From positions 1-21,605 of the forward strand of contig JAUNDF010000034.1 of assembly GCA_030526225.1 (NCBI GenBank): 21,605 nt of DNA. Reading direction: 5' to 3'. The position numbers and the translations under genes were made by a program. This DNA comes from Clostridia bacterium. GTDB taxonomy: Bacteria; Bacillota; Clostridia; Christensenellales; Aristaeellaceae. Positions 7,019 to 16,081 of this stretch are shown piece after piece (position 1 is the first letter of the stretch; every line of letters starts with the position of its first letter). The notes under the pieces are model-generated. The model worked only from the letters and a program-made list of their open reading frames with translations, did no database searches and was not told the origin of the DNA.

Positions 7019-8479
7019 TTACGGAAACATCATCCCGTTTTTGATGATATAGAACACCGCACTGCCGTCGATGACCACCGCATCATGCATGGCATCGAAT
7101 TCAGCAAGGGATACAGCAACCGTCTGCCCGCCCGAAGCGGTAAACCGGTAGGTCGTGTGCACCGCTCCAATGGATGCGTTTTGCGGCAGCACACCGGAGA
7201 CGGTTACCGTTTCAAGCCGCAGATACGCGGCCTCAAAGGCTTCCCATGAGAAGGGCTGACCGTTGCAGGTCACTGTCACCTGCTCCTGTGCCGTGCCGTC
7301 TTCACCAACCACCGTTTCCCGGTGCAGGATGTAGTGTTCATCCCTGTCGGGCGCGGTAATGTGCAGTTCCTTCAGCTTGCCGAGGGCCATGGTTACCGGA
7401 TACCGGCTCAGAGTGGCGGTAACATCCATGTCCATCAGCGCACCGATGCCGAAGTGACCGGTGGTGTAGATGCAGTCCTCCACCAGCACATAGTCCACAT
7501 ACTCGCTTTTGCTGCCGCCCACGGTGATTGTCACCGTGCTTTCCGGGTAATCCACTGCTGAAGCCGCGCCATTTGTACCCGAGGATGCCACCGTTCCCGC
7601 CGCCTGATGGATGGTCAGCACGAACCGGGGCCGGGCAAAGCCGTATTTTGTCAGATTCTCATCAGTGGCTTGTCCCACATAGGCACCCACGCGCAGGTTG
7701 GCAATGCTGCTGCGCAGGTTGCTGATGCTCTCCGCATCGGCAGGGTAGCGCTTGGGGGATGTCATGTACCATGCGGCATCCACATCGCTGTCGGTAATGT
7801 CCGTCATCAGCTGCCATGCAGCCTGTGTGCCGTTTTCATACTCAAAGGTAATGCGGTTCATCCGCGATTTATGGATGACCGGCTGAACCACGGGATGAAG
7901 CGTCTCCCGGTCAAGGCTCATCATGTCCACGGTGCCCTTGTCCACCGCAAACAGCCGGTCATCACCCTCCACCAGCATATAGGACCATGTTTCGTCCTCC
8001 AGCGGGGATGCCATGCCGATATTCAGCCGGACAGTCTGTCCGTCGGTATAGGCAATATCCAATGTCAGCCGCGGCTGGGCAAGGCCAAGCTCCTCCAGCT
8101 GGTCGATATATTCCGCCTTGTCCTCCGTGAGAATGTCATCGTAGGAGATGACTGCCACAGCCCGCAGCAGCTGTTCCGCCAGCCCCTGCTCCAGATTGAA
8201 GGCAGGGTCCTCTGCCAGCGCCAGCGTGCCGTCATTCTTGCGGCGGATGGTCCACGGGGCTTCTCCCCTTCTGGTGATGGTCAGGCTTTGTACCTCAGCG
8301 GCATCGTGCTGCATCAGTTCGCCATAGGTGATGGCATCGGGAATGTCATTGTCCTGCACCGGTCGCTTCATGAAGACCAGCACCAGCACGGAGGCAATCA
8401 GCAGCACCGCCAGCACCATCAGCCAAAGGAGACGGTTTTTGCGGCCGTCACTTTTGTTTTTTCGCAGTTGTTCACTCAT
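7019..8479 (-). CDS. DUF4340-like protein with an N-terminal membrane anchor, last gene of the ABC/GldG-type operon
   Basis: 486 aa. It has one N-terminal TM segment (LLWLMVLAVLLIASVLVLVF) followed by a large soluble domain. Its position directly after a GldG-like gene matches the usual ABC-2 / GldG / DUF4340 arrangement. The family call rests on context and architecture, not on a recognised motif. Confidence 0.65.
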   Translation of the reverse strand: MSEQLRKNKSDGRKNRLLWLMVLAVLLIASVLVLVFMKRPVQDNDIPDAITYGELMQHDAAEVQSLTITRRGEAPWTIRRKNDGTLALAEDPAFNLEQGLAEQLLRAVAVISYDDILTEDKAEYIDQLEELGLAQPRLTLDIAYTDGQTVRLNIGMASPLEDETWSYMLVEGDDRLFAVDKGTVDMMSLDRETLHPVVQPVIHKSRMNRITFEYENGTQAAWQLMTDITDSDVDAAWYMTSPKRYPADAESISNLRSSIANLRVGAYVGQATDENLTKYGFARPRFVLTIHQAAGTVASSGTNGAASAVDYPESTVTITVGGSKSEYVDYVLVEDCIYTTGHFGIGALMDMDVTATLSRYPVTMALGKLKELHITAPDRDEHYILHRETVVGEDGTAQEQVTVTCNGQPFSWEAFEAAYLRLETVTVSGVLPQNASIGAVHTTYRFTASGGQTVAVSLAEFDAMHDAVVIDGSAVFYIIKNGMMFP

Positions 8480-8484
8480 ATCGG

Positions 8485-9951
8485 TCAGCGTCTTCTCCTC
8501 GGAACGAGAATAATCAGCGCCAGGGCAATCACCGCAAAGGGCAGCAGGGTGATGACAAAGCTGCCCATTCCTGCAGAGGCTGCGGACAGCTGGGGCCGGA
8601 TGGCCGTTTTTGCCATGATGCCCAGATTGGTGTTCTGATTGCCGAACAGGTAGCCCACCGCCGTGAGGATAAATTCCTGTGCGTTGGTCATGGCCTGCAC
8701 CTGACTGGATGTGAACATGGTGGAGCAGCCCACCGCCACCGCGCGGGAAATGTAGCCCTCTGCGGTGGTTCTTCTGGCGCGGATGGCCAGCGCAAAGGGG
8801 CCGGACAAATCACCGGGGGCCTTGTCAAGGGACAGGGTGCCGGCGGATACATCCTTCAGGTATGCGCCCGCAGTGGATGTGAGCACCGCCTGGGCATCCA
8901 GATTGCGGTCACCCTCCTCCGGCAGTGCAAAGGCCGCAGAGCCGGTGAGCAGCAGCACATCCGCACCGGAGGACACAAGGTTCATGGTCATGTCCGTCAT
9001 CTGCATGTCGGGAATCAGGTTGATGCGATAGTTGTTGTAGTAGCTGGCCGGTTCGCTCTTGTCGGCCACCACGATGCCCTTTTGGGGCAGGCAGCCGTAG
9101 GAACGCAGCAGCGACTGATAATTGGGCATATTGTCCATGGGGTCTGTGTAGTCGCAGGTCATCAGCAGTGCGCCGCCGTGACCGGCGAAGTCCTTCAGCA
9201 CCTCCATCTCCTGATCCATCAGGTCCCGGACAGGGGAAAACAGCACCACCACATCGGTGGGCTCGGGCCTATCCGCCATCAGATTCATGTAGGTGATTTC
9301 GTAGTTGTTCAGCTGCATCAGCTGATTGAAGGGTTCCGTCTCCTCCTCGGTCAGTTCGCCGTGCCCCTGCACAATCACCACCCGCGGGATGGTATCCCCC
9401 GCCACATAGGAAATGGCAGAGGTAATCTCGCTCTCGTACTTAAGCCCCGCAATCTCATATCGGCCTTCCTCATAATTCAGGCTCATGGAGATAAAATCCG
9501 CCGGGGACAGCACGCGGAAGCGGTCCGTCTGGGGGCAATGGACAATCAGAGAATCGTTGCTGACGGTCTGATCGCCGGTGGGGCTGGAGAACTTTGTCAG
9601 CAATGCCGGATTGAGGTTGATATCCGCCTGCTCCCAAGTAATCATGGGTGAGAAGGCGGCATAGCGGTCCAGCAGCTCCATCAGCGGAGCATCCTCCTGC
9701 CCCTTGGAAAACAGGGCATAGATGTGCACCGGCTTGTTCAGGCCCTGCAGCAGCTGCTCGGTCTGGTCGCCGATGGTGGTCATGGCGTTGAAGGAGTAGT
9801 CCACCCGCCAGCCGTTTTTCTTTTCCATGTCCATGACCACGGCGTTGATGACGATAATCACCGCAATGGCCACGCAAAGGAGCAGTGTGGACAGGCCGCC
9901 GTAACGGAAGCGGGGATTATGCCAGAAATGCTTTTTTTCTTTTCTGTTCAT
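8485..9951 (-). CDS. GldG-like auxiliary protein of an ABC-type uncharacterised transport system
   Basis: About 488 aa with N- and C-terminal TM segments flanking a large extracytoplasmic domain, encoded directly downstream of the ABC-2 permease. ATG 9951 is preferred (AAGGAG 10 nt upstream) over the GTG at 9960 that overlaps the permease stop. Confidence 0.75.
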   Translation of the reverse strand: MNRKEKKHFWHNPRFRYGGLSTLLLCVAIAVIIVINAVVMDMEKKNGWRVDYSFNAMTTIGDQTEQLLQGLNKPVHIYALFSKGQEDAPLMELLDRYAAFSPMITWEQADINLNPALLTKFSSPTGDQTVSNDSLIVHCPQTDRFRVLSPADFISMSLNYEEGRYEIAGLKYESEITSAISYVAGDTIPRVVIVQGHGELTEEETEPFNQLMQLNNYEITYMNLMADRPEPTDVVVLFSPVRDLMDQEMEVLKDFAGHGGALLMTCDYTDPMDNMPNYQSLLRSYGCLPQKGIVVADKSEPASYYNNYRINLIPDMQMTDMTMNLVSSGADVLLLTGSAAFALPEEGDRNLDAQAVLTSTAGAYLKDVSAGTLSLDKAPGDLSGPFALAIRARRTTAEGYISRAVAVGCSTMFTSSQVQAMTNAQEFILTAVGYLFGNQNTNLGIMAKTAIRPQLSAASAGMGSFVITLLPFAVIALALIILVPRRRR

Positions 9952-9956
9952 GTCCG

Positions 9957-10667
9957 TCACGCTCCTTGATAGCGCCTTGCATCCAGGCGGTGGCAGGTCA
10001 GAAGAACAAACACCAGCGCAAAGGATACATCATAAATCACCGACGCAAAGGACAGCTGCCCCATGAGGAAGGGCTCGTTGCGCCGGTACAGGCTGATAAA
10101 CCGCAGAACGGTTTCCACAAAGCCGATGCCAACGCTGTCCACCAGCAAATCGAGAATCCAAAGCGCAAAATTGACACCGAAGGCCGCAATGGCCGCCGAT
10201 ACAGGGCTGCCGGTGCAGGAGGAAAGGAACATGTCCACCGCGATAAACGCGCACCCCTCCAGCACAAAGCCCAGGTAGCCCACCATCACTTCGCCGGGGT
10301 AGACCGTGCCGTACAGTCCCATCACCCCCACATAGGCAAAGGTGATGAGCACCGTCAGCAGCATCACGGTAACGGCAGCCAGATACTTACCCAGCACAAT
10401 GCCCGGCACCGATACGGGGCTGGTCAGCAGCAGCTGATCGGTGTGCTTCTGTTTTTCCTCTGCCAGCAGCTTCATGGTCAACACCGGTGACAGGAGCATC
10501 CACAGATAGCCCATCTGCCCGATAAAAATCAGCAAATCGCCAGACCGGGGCTGAAGGATGCTCATAAAAAACATAATGCCCGACAACACAAGAAATACGG
10601 TCATAAACACGTATCCCACAGGCGTATAATAATAGCTTTGCAGTTCACGCTTCCATACAGCCAGCAT
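9957..10667 (-). CDS. ABC-2 family transporter permease
   Basis: MLAVWKRELQSYYYTPVGYVFMTVFLVLSG... followed by six hydrophobic segments, which is typical of ABC-2 (GldF-like) permeases. The start at ATG 10667 has AAGGAGG 6 nt upstream. The ORF-track extension to 10700 overlaps the ATPase gene and is rejected. Confidence 0.85.
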   Translation of the reverse strand: MLAVWKRELQSYYYTPVGYVFMTVFLVLSGIMFFMSILQPRSGDLLIFIGQMGYLWMLLSPVLTMKLLAEEKQKHTDQLLLTSPVSVPGIVLGKYLAAVTVMLLTVLITFAYVGVMGLYGTVYPGEVMVGYLGFVLEGCAFIAVDMFLSSCTGSPVSAAIAAFGVNFALWILDLLVDSVGIGFVETVLRFISLYRRNEPFLMGQLSFASVIYDVSFALVFVLLTCHRLDARRYQGA

Positions 10668-10680
10668 GTTTTTCCTCCTT

Positions 10681-11619
10681 TCAGCCCTCGTCCGTGGCAC
10701 GGAGGAACAGCTCCTCCAGCGTTTCCCGCACGGGCATCAGCATATAAATAGGTGCATCCATACCGCACAGCAGGTTGAACAGCTGCCGGCGCGGATCACC
10801 ATCGGGATTGCCAGCAAAGCGCAGCTCCACCTCGGTGATGCCCTTTTCCTTCCGGGGCAGCACCTTTGCCTTGCGGATGCACGGCAGACCCCGCAGGGCA
10901 GGCATCAGCCGCTCTTCACCGCAGGCGATGGAGGCCCGCAGGCACATGCCGCCGTTTTCGCCGTTCAGCTCCTGCATATCCGCTTCCTTCACCAGTTTGC
11001 CCTTGTGCAGAATGACCACGCGGGAGCACAGCTGCTGGATTTCCGACAGGATATGGCTGGAGAAAATCACCGTATGGTCGCGGCCCAGCTGTGCCATCAG
11101 CTCCCTGATTTCCACCACCTGCCGGGGATCGAGGCCCACGGTGGGCTCATCCAGTACAATCACCGGCGGATCGCCGCACAGTGCCTGGGCAAAGCCCACC
11201 CGCTGGCGATAGCCCTTGGACAGGGAGCCCACCAGCTTGTCATCCATGCCCTCAATGCCGCAGCGCTGCATAATATCGCTGACATGGCTGCGGATTTTGC
11301 TGCCCCGCACCTCCCGCAAGCGGCAGACGAAGGACAGGTATTCGCGGATGGTCATTTCCGGATACAGCGGCGGCTGCTCGGGCAGATAGCCGATGCGCCG
11401 CTTACAGGCACGGGCCTGTGTGAGCATGTCCAGCCCATCCACCGTCACGGTGCCCTCCGTGGGCGGGCAGTATCCGGTCAGCATGTTGAGGGTGGTGGTT
11501 TTGCCTGCGCCGTTCTGGCCCAGCAGACCCACAATCTGCCCCTGAGGCACAGAGAAGGACAGGTCCTTCACCGCCTCCACCGAACCATATCGCTTGGTCA
11601 CATGCTGCAATTCAATCAT
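10681..11619 (-). CDS. ABC transporter ATP-binding protein
   Basis: Walker A GQNGAGKTT, signature LSKGYRQR, Walker B VIVLDEPTVGLD and an H-loop (SSHIL). The start at ATG 11619 has GGAG 8 nt upstream. Confidence 0.93.
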   Translation of the reverse strand: MIELQHVTKRYGSVEAVKDLSFSVPQGQIVGLLGQNGAGKTTTLNMLTGYCPPTEGTVTVDGLDMLTQARACKRRIGYLPEQPPLYPEMTIREYLSFVCRLREVRGSKIRSHVSDIMQRCGIEGMDDKLVGSLSKGYRQRVGFAQALCGDPPVIVLDEPTVGLDPRQVVEIRELMAQLGRDHTVIFSSHILSEIQQLCSRVVILHKGKLVKEADMQELNGENGGMCLRASIACGEERLMPALRGLPCIRKAKVLPRKEKGITEVELRFAGNPDGDPRRQLFNLLCGMDAPIYMLMPVRETLEELFLRATDEG

Positions 11620-11692
11620 ACATAACACTCCTGCAGATTATTCCAGTTTTGATTATACCATGGGGCCGCACGGATGTGTGTGAATAATTTGT

Positions 11693-11730
11693 AAAAAAGC
11701 GGCGGACCGGCATCGTCACCGGTCCACCGC
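11693..11730 (-). terminator. Rho-independent terminator after the oxidoreductase gene
   Basis: The stem gcggcggaccgg (11699-11710) pairs with ccggtccaccgc (11719-11730) around an 8-nt loop. The A-run at 11693-11698 gives a U-tract on the minus transcript. Confidence 0.7.
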
Positions 11731-11744
11731 AAAGTGCAGTCAAA

Positions 11745-12740
11745 TCAGTCCTCAAAGGGATAATGAACGCCGAACTTTTCCCGCAGTTTATCCATAATTT
11801 CCATCATGCGGATGGTCTCCTCATGGGGCATCTCGGGGCACTCAAGCCAGCCGTTTTCCATGGCACGGATGCAGGCCTCCACCTCGTACTCAAAGCCTGT
11901 CAGCTGCTCCGGCACCTGATAAACCGCAGGATCGGCAAAGTCCTTTTCCTGCTTGTACACGGAAATCATCGCAGGGTTATTCACATTGTCCACTTCAATA
12001 AAGCCCTTGGTGCCGTACACCATACCCCTGCGGTCGGTGCGGGCATAAATGCCGGACATCATGGATGCCATGCGGCCGTCATCATAGGTCAGGGAGAAGC
12101 TCTCCTGCGCATCCACGCCAAGGTCGGTGAGCACCGCGGTGCCGTCAATGGCCTTGATGCCCTCGCTGCCCAGCACGGACAGGGCAAAGTTGAGCGCATA
12201 CACGCCCACATCCAGCAGTGCGCCGCCGGCCAGCTCGGGCTTTGCGATGCGCTCCTTGTGGGATATGGTGTAGCTGAGGTTGGAGGTGACCATCTTCACC
12301 TCGCCGATTTCGCCGGAGGCAATGATGTCATCCACCATCTTTCGGGAAGGCATATACCGGGGCCAGATGGCCTCTGCAACCAGCACACCCTTTTCCCGGG
12401 CCAGCGCAATCACTTCCTTTGCCTGCTTTGCATTGGCGGTAAACGCCTTTTCGCACAGCACATTCTTGCCGTGGCTGATGCAAAGCTTCATGTGCTCTGC
12501 ATGGTGGGAATGGGGCGTTGCCACATACACCAGCTGCACACTGTCATCACAGAGCATCTCTTCGTAGGAGCCATAAGCCTTTTCAAAGCCGAAGCGGGCG
12601 GCAAAAGCCTCCGCGCGGGCTTGATCGCGGGCTGCCACCGCGTACAGGGCAACATCATCGCCCCGCTGCTTCATCAGCCGAAGGGTCAGGGCCATCTTTT
12701 CGGCAATGTTGCCGGCGCCCAGAATACCGACACGAATCAT
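11745..12740 (-). CDS. Gfo/Idh/MocA family NAD(P)-dependent oxidoreductase
   Basis: MIRVGILGAGNIAEKMA is an N-terminal Rossmann GxGxxA motif, and EKAF/EKP-type motif (VLCEKAF) and the 331-aa size fit the family. A GGAAGGAG Shine-Dalgarno is present. Confidence 0.88.
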   Translation of the reverse strand: MIRVGILGAGNIAEKMALTLRLMKQRGDDVALYAVAARDQARAEAFAARFGFEKAYGSYEEMLCDDSVQLVYVATPHSHHAEHMKLCISHGKNVLCEKAFTANAKQAKEVIALAREKGVLVAEAIWPRYMPSRKMVDDIIASGEIGEVKMVTSNLSYTISHKERIAKPELAGGALLDVGVYALNFALSVLGSEGIKAIDGTAVLTDLGVDAQESFSLTYDDGRMASMMSGIYARTDRRGMVYGTKGFIEVDNVNNPAMISVYKQEKDFADPAVYQVPEQLTGFEYEVEACIRAMENGWLECPEMPHEETIRMMEIMDKLREKFGVHYPFED

Positions 12741-12781
12741 GGTTCGTTTCTCCTTCCGTTATCCGTTTGTACGAGTACACA

Positions 12782-13624
12782 TCAGCCCGCAGGGGTGATG
12801 GCGGGAATCACAAAGGCAGGCACAAGGGGGGAGCCTGCCAGCTGGAGCAGCAGCACCACAAAGCCCAGCACCGCCACATACAGGGCAAACCAGTACAGGG
12901 AGGACTTGCTGACAACGCGCATCATGAAGCGCACGGCAAAGTAGCCGCTGACAGCCGCCACCGCCACGCCCACCAGCGTGGGCACCAGTGCCAGCTCCTG
13001 CAGATAGCCCATCTCGATGGCATCCTTGCCCTCAAAAATCAGGCTGCCCAGAATGGCAGGGGCGCTCATCATAAAGGCAAACTTGGCCGCTGCCTTGCGG
13101 TCCAGCCGGCTGGCCAGACCACCGGTGAGGGTGGAGCCGCTGCGGGAAACGCCGGGCAGCAGGGCGATGGCCTGCATCACGCCCATGATGATGGCATGCT
13201 TCAGGCCGGGCTTGTCAGCCGTGGGGCGCTTCTTTGCGGACAGCGCCTCTGCCAGCATCAGGAACACAGCCGTAATCAGGAAGCTGCAGCCCAGGAACCA
13301 GCCGCTGAAGAAGGTCTCCAGCATATCACCGAAGAGGGTGTTGGCCACCAGCGCCGGCAGGGAGGCCACAATCAGCAGGACAAGGGTATGGTTTTTGATG
13401 GGATGGAACACCATATCCCACCAGTCCTTCCAGAACACGATGACAATGGCCAGCAGGGTGCCGGCATGGAGCAGCACATCCAGCATGATATAGGTGCCGG
13501 TCTGCGCTGCCGCTTCAATGCCCATCAGGGAGCGGGCAAGAATCAGATGGCCGCTGGATGAAACAGGCAGAAATTCCGCAAGGCCCTGAACCAGACCGAG
13601 AATGGCCGCTTGGATAATATTCAT
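12782..13624 (-). CDS. uppP: Undecaprenyl-diphosphate phosphatase
   Basis: MNIIQAAILGLVQGLAEFLPVSSSGHLIL... and ...LPGVSRSGSTL are the two conserved BacA/UppP motifs. The protein is 280 aa and polytopic. Confidence 0.93.
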   Translation of the reverse strand: MNIIQAAILGLVQGLAEFLPVSSSGHLILARSLMGIEAAAQTGTYIMLDVLLHAGTLLAIVIVFWKDWWDMVFHPIKNHTLVLLIVASLPALVANTLFGDMLETFFSGWFLGCSFLITAVFLMLAEALSAKKRPTADKPGLKHAIIMGVMQAIALLPGVSRSGSTLTGGLASRLDRKAAAKFAFMMSAPAILGSLIFEGKDAIEMGYLQELALVPTLVGVAVAAVSGYFAVRFMMRVVSKSSLYWFALYVAVLGFVVLLLQLAGSPLVPAFVIPAITPAG

Positions 13625-13682
13625 GATTTTCCTCCTTCAGGCAATGGGGACGGACACTTCGTCCTCCCGCAGGGAATGATTT

Positions 13683-13712
13683 ATTATACCATGAATCCGC
13701 CTGAATTGACAA
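13683..13712 (-). promoter_or_regulatory. Promoter candidate for uppP (TTGTCA-18 nt-TATAAT with a TG extension)
   Basis: The minus strand reads TTGTCA (13712-13707), an 18-nt spacer ending in TGG, then TATAAT (13688-13683), about 55 nt upstream of the uppP ATG. Confidence 0.45.
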
Positions 13713-13799
13713 TGGTGCCAACCGGCACAGCAAGCCTTCCCGCTGCATTTTTCCAAAATATTCTTTCGCAAATTTCTCTGTACAAAGGGCGGTGCTTCA

Positions 13800-13808
13800 T
13801 GGTAAAAT
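13800..13808 (+). promoter_or_regulatory. Extended -10 element (TGgTAAAAT), candidate deoD promoter
   Basis: Read directly about 58 nt upstream of the deoD ATG. There is no good -35 element. Confidence 0.3.
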
Positions 13809-13865
13809 AAATGCATCGAAGCCAAACAAACCGAACAACTGATAACTGAAAGGAGAATCCCGTCC

Positions 13866-14573
13866 ATGAGCAATATACCCACTCCTCACATTACCGCCAA
13901 GGAAGGCGATTTCGCCAAAACCGTCCTGATGCCCGGTGATCCCCTGCGCTCCAAGTTTATTGCCGAAACCTTCCTGACTGATGCCAAGCTGGTCAACAAT
14001 GTCCGCGGCGTACAGGGCTATACCGGCACCTACAAGGGCAAGCAGGTTTCCGTGATGGCCAGCGGCATGGGCATGCCCTCCATCGGCATTTACTCCTACG
14101 AGCTGTTCAACTACTACGGCGTGGAAAACATCATCCGCGTGGGCTCCATCGGCGGCATCGCCGACAATGTGAAGGTCCGCGACCTGATTTTCGCCATGTC
14201 CGCCTACACCAACTCCAACTTTGGCCGTCAGTTCGGCTTTGACGGCAATGTGGCCCCCTGCGCCTCCTGGAAGCTGCTGCAGGCCGCTGTGGAAGCCGCG
14301 GAAAAGATGGGCATCACGCCCCATGTCGGACCCATCTATTCCTCCGACATTTTCTACGATGAATCCGGTGCCGCCGGCAAGCTGAAGAATCTGGGCGTGC
14401 TGGGCGTGGAGATGGAATCCGCCGCATTGTACCTCAACGCAGCCCGTGCCGGAAAGAATGCGCTTTGCATCTGCACCGTATCCGACCACATCTTCACCGG
14501 CGAGGCCGTCCCCGCCGAAGACCGTCAGCTGACCTTCACCCAGATGATGGAGGTTGCGCTGGAAATCGCATAA
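13866..14573 (+). CDS. deoD: Purine-nucleoside phosphorylase, DeoD type
   Basis: MSNIPTPHITAKEGDFAKTVLMPGDPLRSKFIAE...GVEMESAALY... is the classic hexameric PNP sequence, 235 aa long. An AAAGGAG Shine-Dalgarno is present. Confidence 0.93.
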   Translation: MSNIPTPHITAKEGDFAKTVLMPGDPLRSKFIAETFLTDAKLVNNVRGVQGYTGTYKGKQVSVMASGMGMPSIGIYSYELFNYYGVENIIRVGSIGGIADNVKVRDLIFAMSAYTNSNFGRQFGFDGNVAPCASWKLLQAAVEAAEKMGITPHVGPIYSSDIFYDESGAAGKLKNLGVLGVEMESAALYLNAARAGKNALCICTVSDHIFTGEAVPAEDRQLTFTQMMEVALEIA

Positions 14574-14590
14574 TCTGCGCCAAACAAAAC

Positions 14591-14630
14591 AGGCGATGCA
14601 CCGCTGCATGGGTGCATCGCCTTTGTTTTT
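14591..14630. terminator. Bidirectional rho-independent terminator between convergent genes
   Basis: A perfect 12-bp stem, aggcgatgcacc (14591-14602) with ggtgcatcgcct (14611-14622), is followed by tttgttttt on the plus strand and preceded by caaacaaaac. Confidence 0.75.
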
Positions 14631-14639
14631 GAATAGAAA

Positions 14640-15302
14640 TCAGTTGTCCTTTCGCATGGCATTGTAGCCGATGAGCACCGTCCACACATAGGCACAGGTC
14701 TTGGGAATCATCAGCATGCCCACCAGAGGGAACTTGTCTGCCAGCAGCACCACCGGCAGATAGCATGCAAAGCTGATGACAATGGTCAGCCACAGCAGGC
14801 GGAAGGGCGCATCCTGCTTCTCTTTTGCACTGCGATAGAACAGCACCACTACCAGCAGACCCAGCAGGGTGAAGGGAATGTTGCGCCAGATACCCCAAAT
14901 CAGCGGCGCATCAGGGCTGGTCCAGCGATTTTGCGGCATCAGGCACAGCACCACACGGAGCAGAGCCAGCATCCATACAGTGACATCCAGCTGCTTTTTG
15001 CCCTCCACCTGATAGCGGCAGCGCCACACGTAGTACAGCAGTACATAGAAAGCCGTCATGGTAACGGAGGTAATCAGCTTGCCGATGCCCAGCGCCGCGG
15101 TATAGTCCTGCAGTCCGGTGGTGCACAGGGCGATGGCGCGGGGCACCAGATGGAAGGCATCACCGCAGCCCAGCACCACGGCCATGGCGCCGAACAGCGC
15201 ATACTGTTTGCGCCCCTTGCTGCCGCGAAGCATCAAAATGCCCAGGGTTACCACAGAAATCAGGTACACGATGTCAAATGCCGTTTCAAAAATTGCCTGC
15301 AT
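14640..15302 (-). CDS. Polytopic membrane protein of unknown function, co-oriented with and 18 nt downstream of the TetR gene
   Basis: 220 aa with about 6-7 hydrophobic segments and GC3-rich codon usage. I do not recognise a family. Confidence 0.65.
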   Translation of the reverse strand: MQAIFETAFDIVYLISVVTLGILMLRGSKGRKQYALFGAMAVVLGCGDAFHLVPRAIALCTTGLQDYTAALGIGKLITSVTMTAFYVLLYYVWRCRYQVEGKKQLDVTVWMLALLRVVLCLMPQNRWTSPDAPLIWGIWRNIPFTLLGLLVVVLFYRSAKEKQDAPFRLLWLTIVISFACYLPVVLLADKFPLVGMLMIPKTCAYVWTVLIGYNAMRKDN

Positions 15303-15320
15303 GATATTCTTCTCCTTTTC

Positions 15321-15887
15321 TTATTCAGCTTTGCCATGAAGGGCCAGTGTTACCGTGCGGATGAGAAACCCGCAGTCCGGCGCACCCTTCATCAGCAGCA
15401 TCAGCATGTTGTCCAGCACGAAATCAGCCATCTGCTGTGCCGTATAGCCGTCATTAAGCACCCCCGGGGTTATGGCACTGTCTGCCGCGATGGATGCGGC
15501 CAGTCCTCTGCGGATGCTCCCGAAGCAGCTGTGCATGGCTTCCCTGCCCTGCTGTCTGTCTGCTCCTGCAAATACGGCGGAATGTGCAGTAAGAAACCCC
15601 GGATAGCGGCTGATGCCCTGCCGGATGCGCCGGTACAGCATTTCCGCATATTCTGCAAAGTACGGCGAATGGTCGGCATCATCCTCCGGCAGGATGTCGC
15701 GCCAGATGTCCTCCACTGCCGCCAGCAGCAGCGCTTCCTTATCGACATAGTAGTGATACAGCGTGCCCAGCGCAATGCCGCATTCACCGGCCACAGCACG
15801 CATGCTGATGGCCCCGATGCCTTCCCTTTCTGTCAGGGCACGGCAGGCTGCCAGAATCTGCTCTTGCGATGTGGCGTTTGCCTTCAT
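15321..15887 (-). CDS. TetR/AcrR family transcriptional regulator
   Basis: The N-terminal HTH ILAACRALTEREGIGAISMRAVAGECGIALGTLYHYYVDKEALL is a typical TetR_N. The start at ATG 15887 has GGAGG 6 nt upstream. Confidence 0.9.
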   Translation of the reverse strand: MKANATSQEQILAACRALTEREGIGAISMRAVAGECGIALGTLYHYYVDKEALLLAAVEDIWRDILPEDDADHSPYFAEYAEMLYRRIRQGISRYPGFLTAHSAVFAGADRQQGREAMHSCFGSIRRGLAASIAADSAITPGVLNDGYTAQQMADFVLDNMLMLLMKGAPDCGFLIRTVTLALHGKAE

Positions 15888-15906
15888 GTGCTGCCTCCAA
15901 TCCAAA

Positions 15907-15936
15907 ATGAACATCGTTCATGTGAACAGCGTTCAT
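15907..15936. promoter_or_regulatory. Two abutting 15-bp palindromes, candidate TetR operators
   Basis: ATGAACATCGTTCAT (15907-15921) is immediately followed by GTGAACAGCGTTCAT (15922-15936). Both have ATGAAC/GTTCAT-type inverted half-sites. They sit between the -10 box and the tetR start codon. Confidence 0.55.
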
Positions 15937-15964
15937 TATAACAGAACAAACCGCCTGTTGTCAA
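15935..15964 (-). promoter_or_regulatory. Consensus-like promoter of the tetR operon (TTGACA-18 nt-TATAAT)
   Basis: The minus strand reads TTGACA (15964-15959), an 18-nt spacer, then TATAAT (15940-15935). The -10 box overlaps the end of the second palindrome. Confidence 0.55.
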
Positions 15965-16003
15965 CGGATAAAACGATGCCGTTCGTTCCATTCAGCCTCC
16001 TTA

Positions 16004-16033
16004 TTGGAAAAATAAGTGAAAAATTTTTATATT
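16004..16033 (+). promoter_or_regulatory. Candidate promoter for the hydrogenase operon (TTGGAA-18 nt-TATATT)
   Basis: Read directly in the AT-rich stretch upstream of the Rex-like box. This is a weak call. Confidence 0.3.
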
Positions 16034-16081
16034 AAGTTCATATTTCGGCAGGAAACAGCGCTTCTGCGTCGAATGTTATTC

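Noticed and set aside
961-15941. Other long alternative-frame or antisense ORFs in the track (for example 961..1809+, 2673..3410+, 4031..5158+, 7607..8638+, 10666..11625+, 11763..12944+, 12518..13561+, 13797..14609-, 14931..15941+)
   Set aside because: Each lies opposite to, or out of frame with, a gene of clear family identity. Each has Arg/His/Gly/Ala/Gln-rich low-complexity translations characteristic of off-frame reading of GC3-rich genes.
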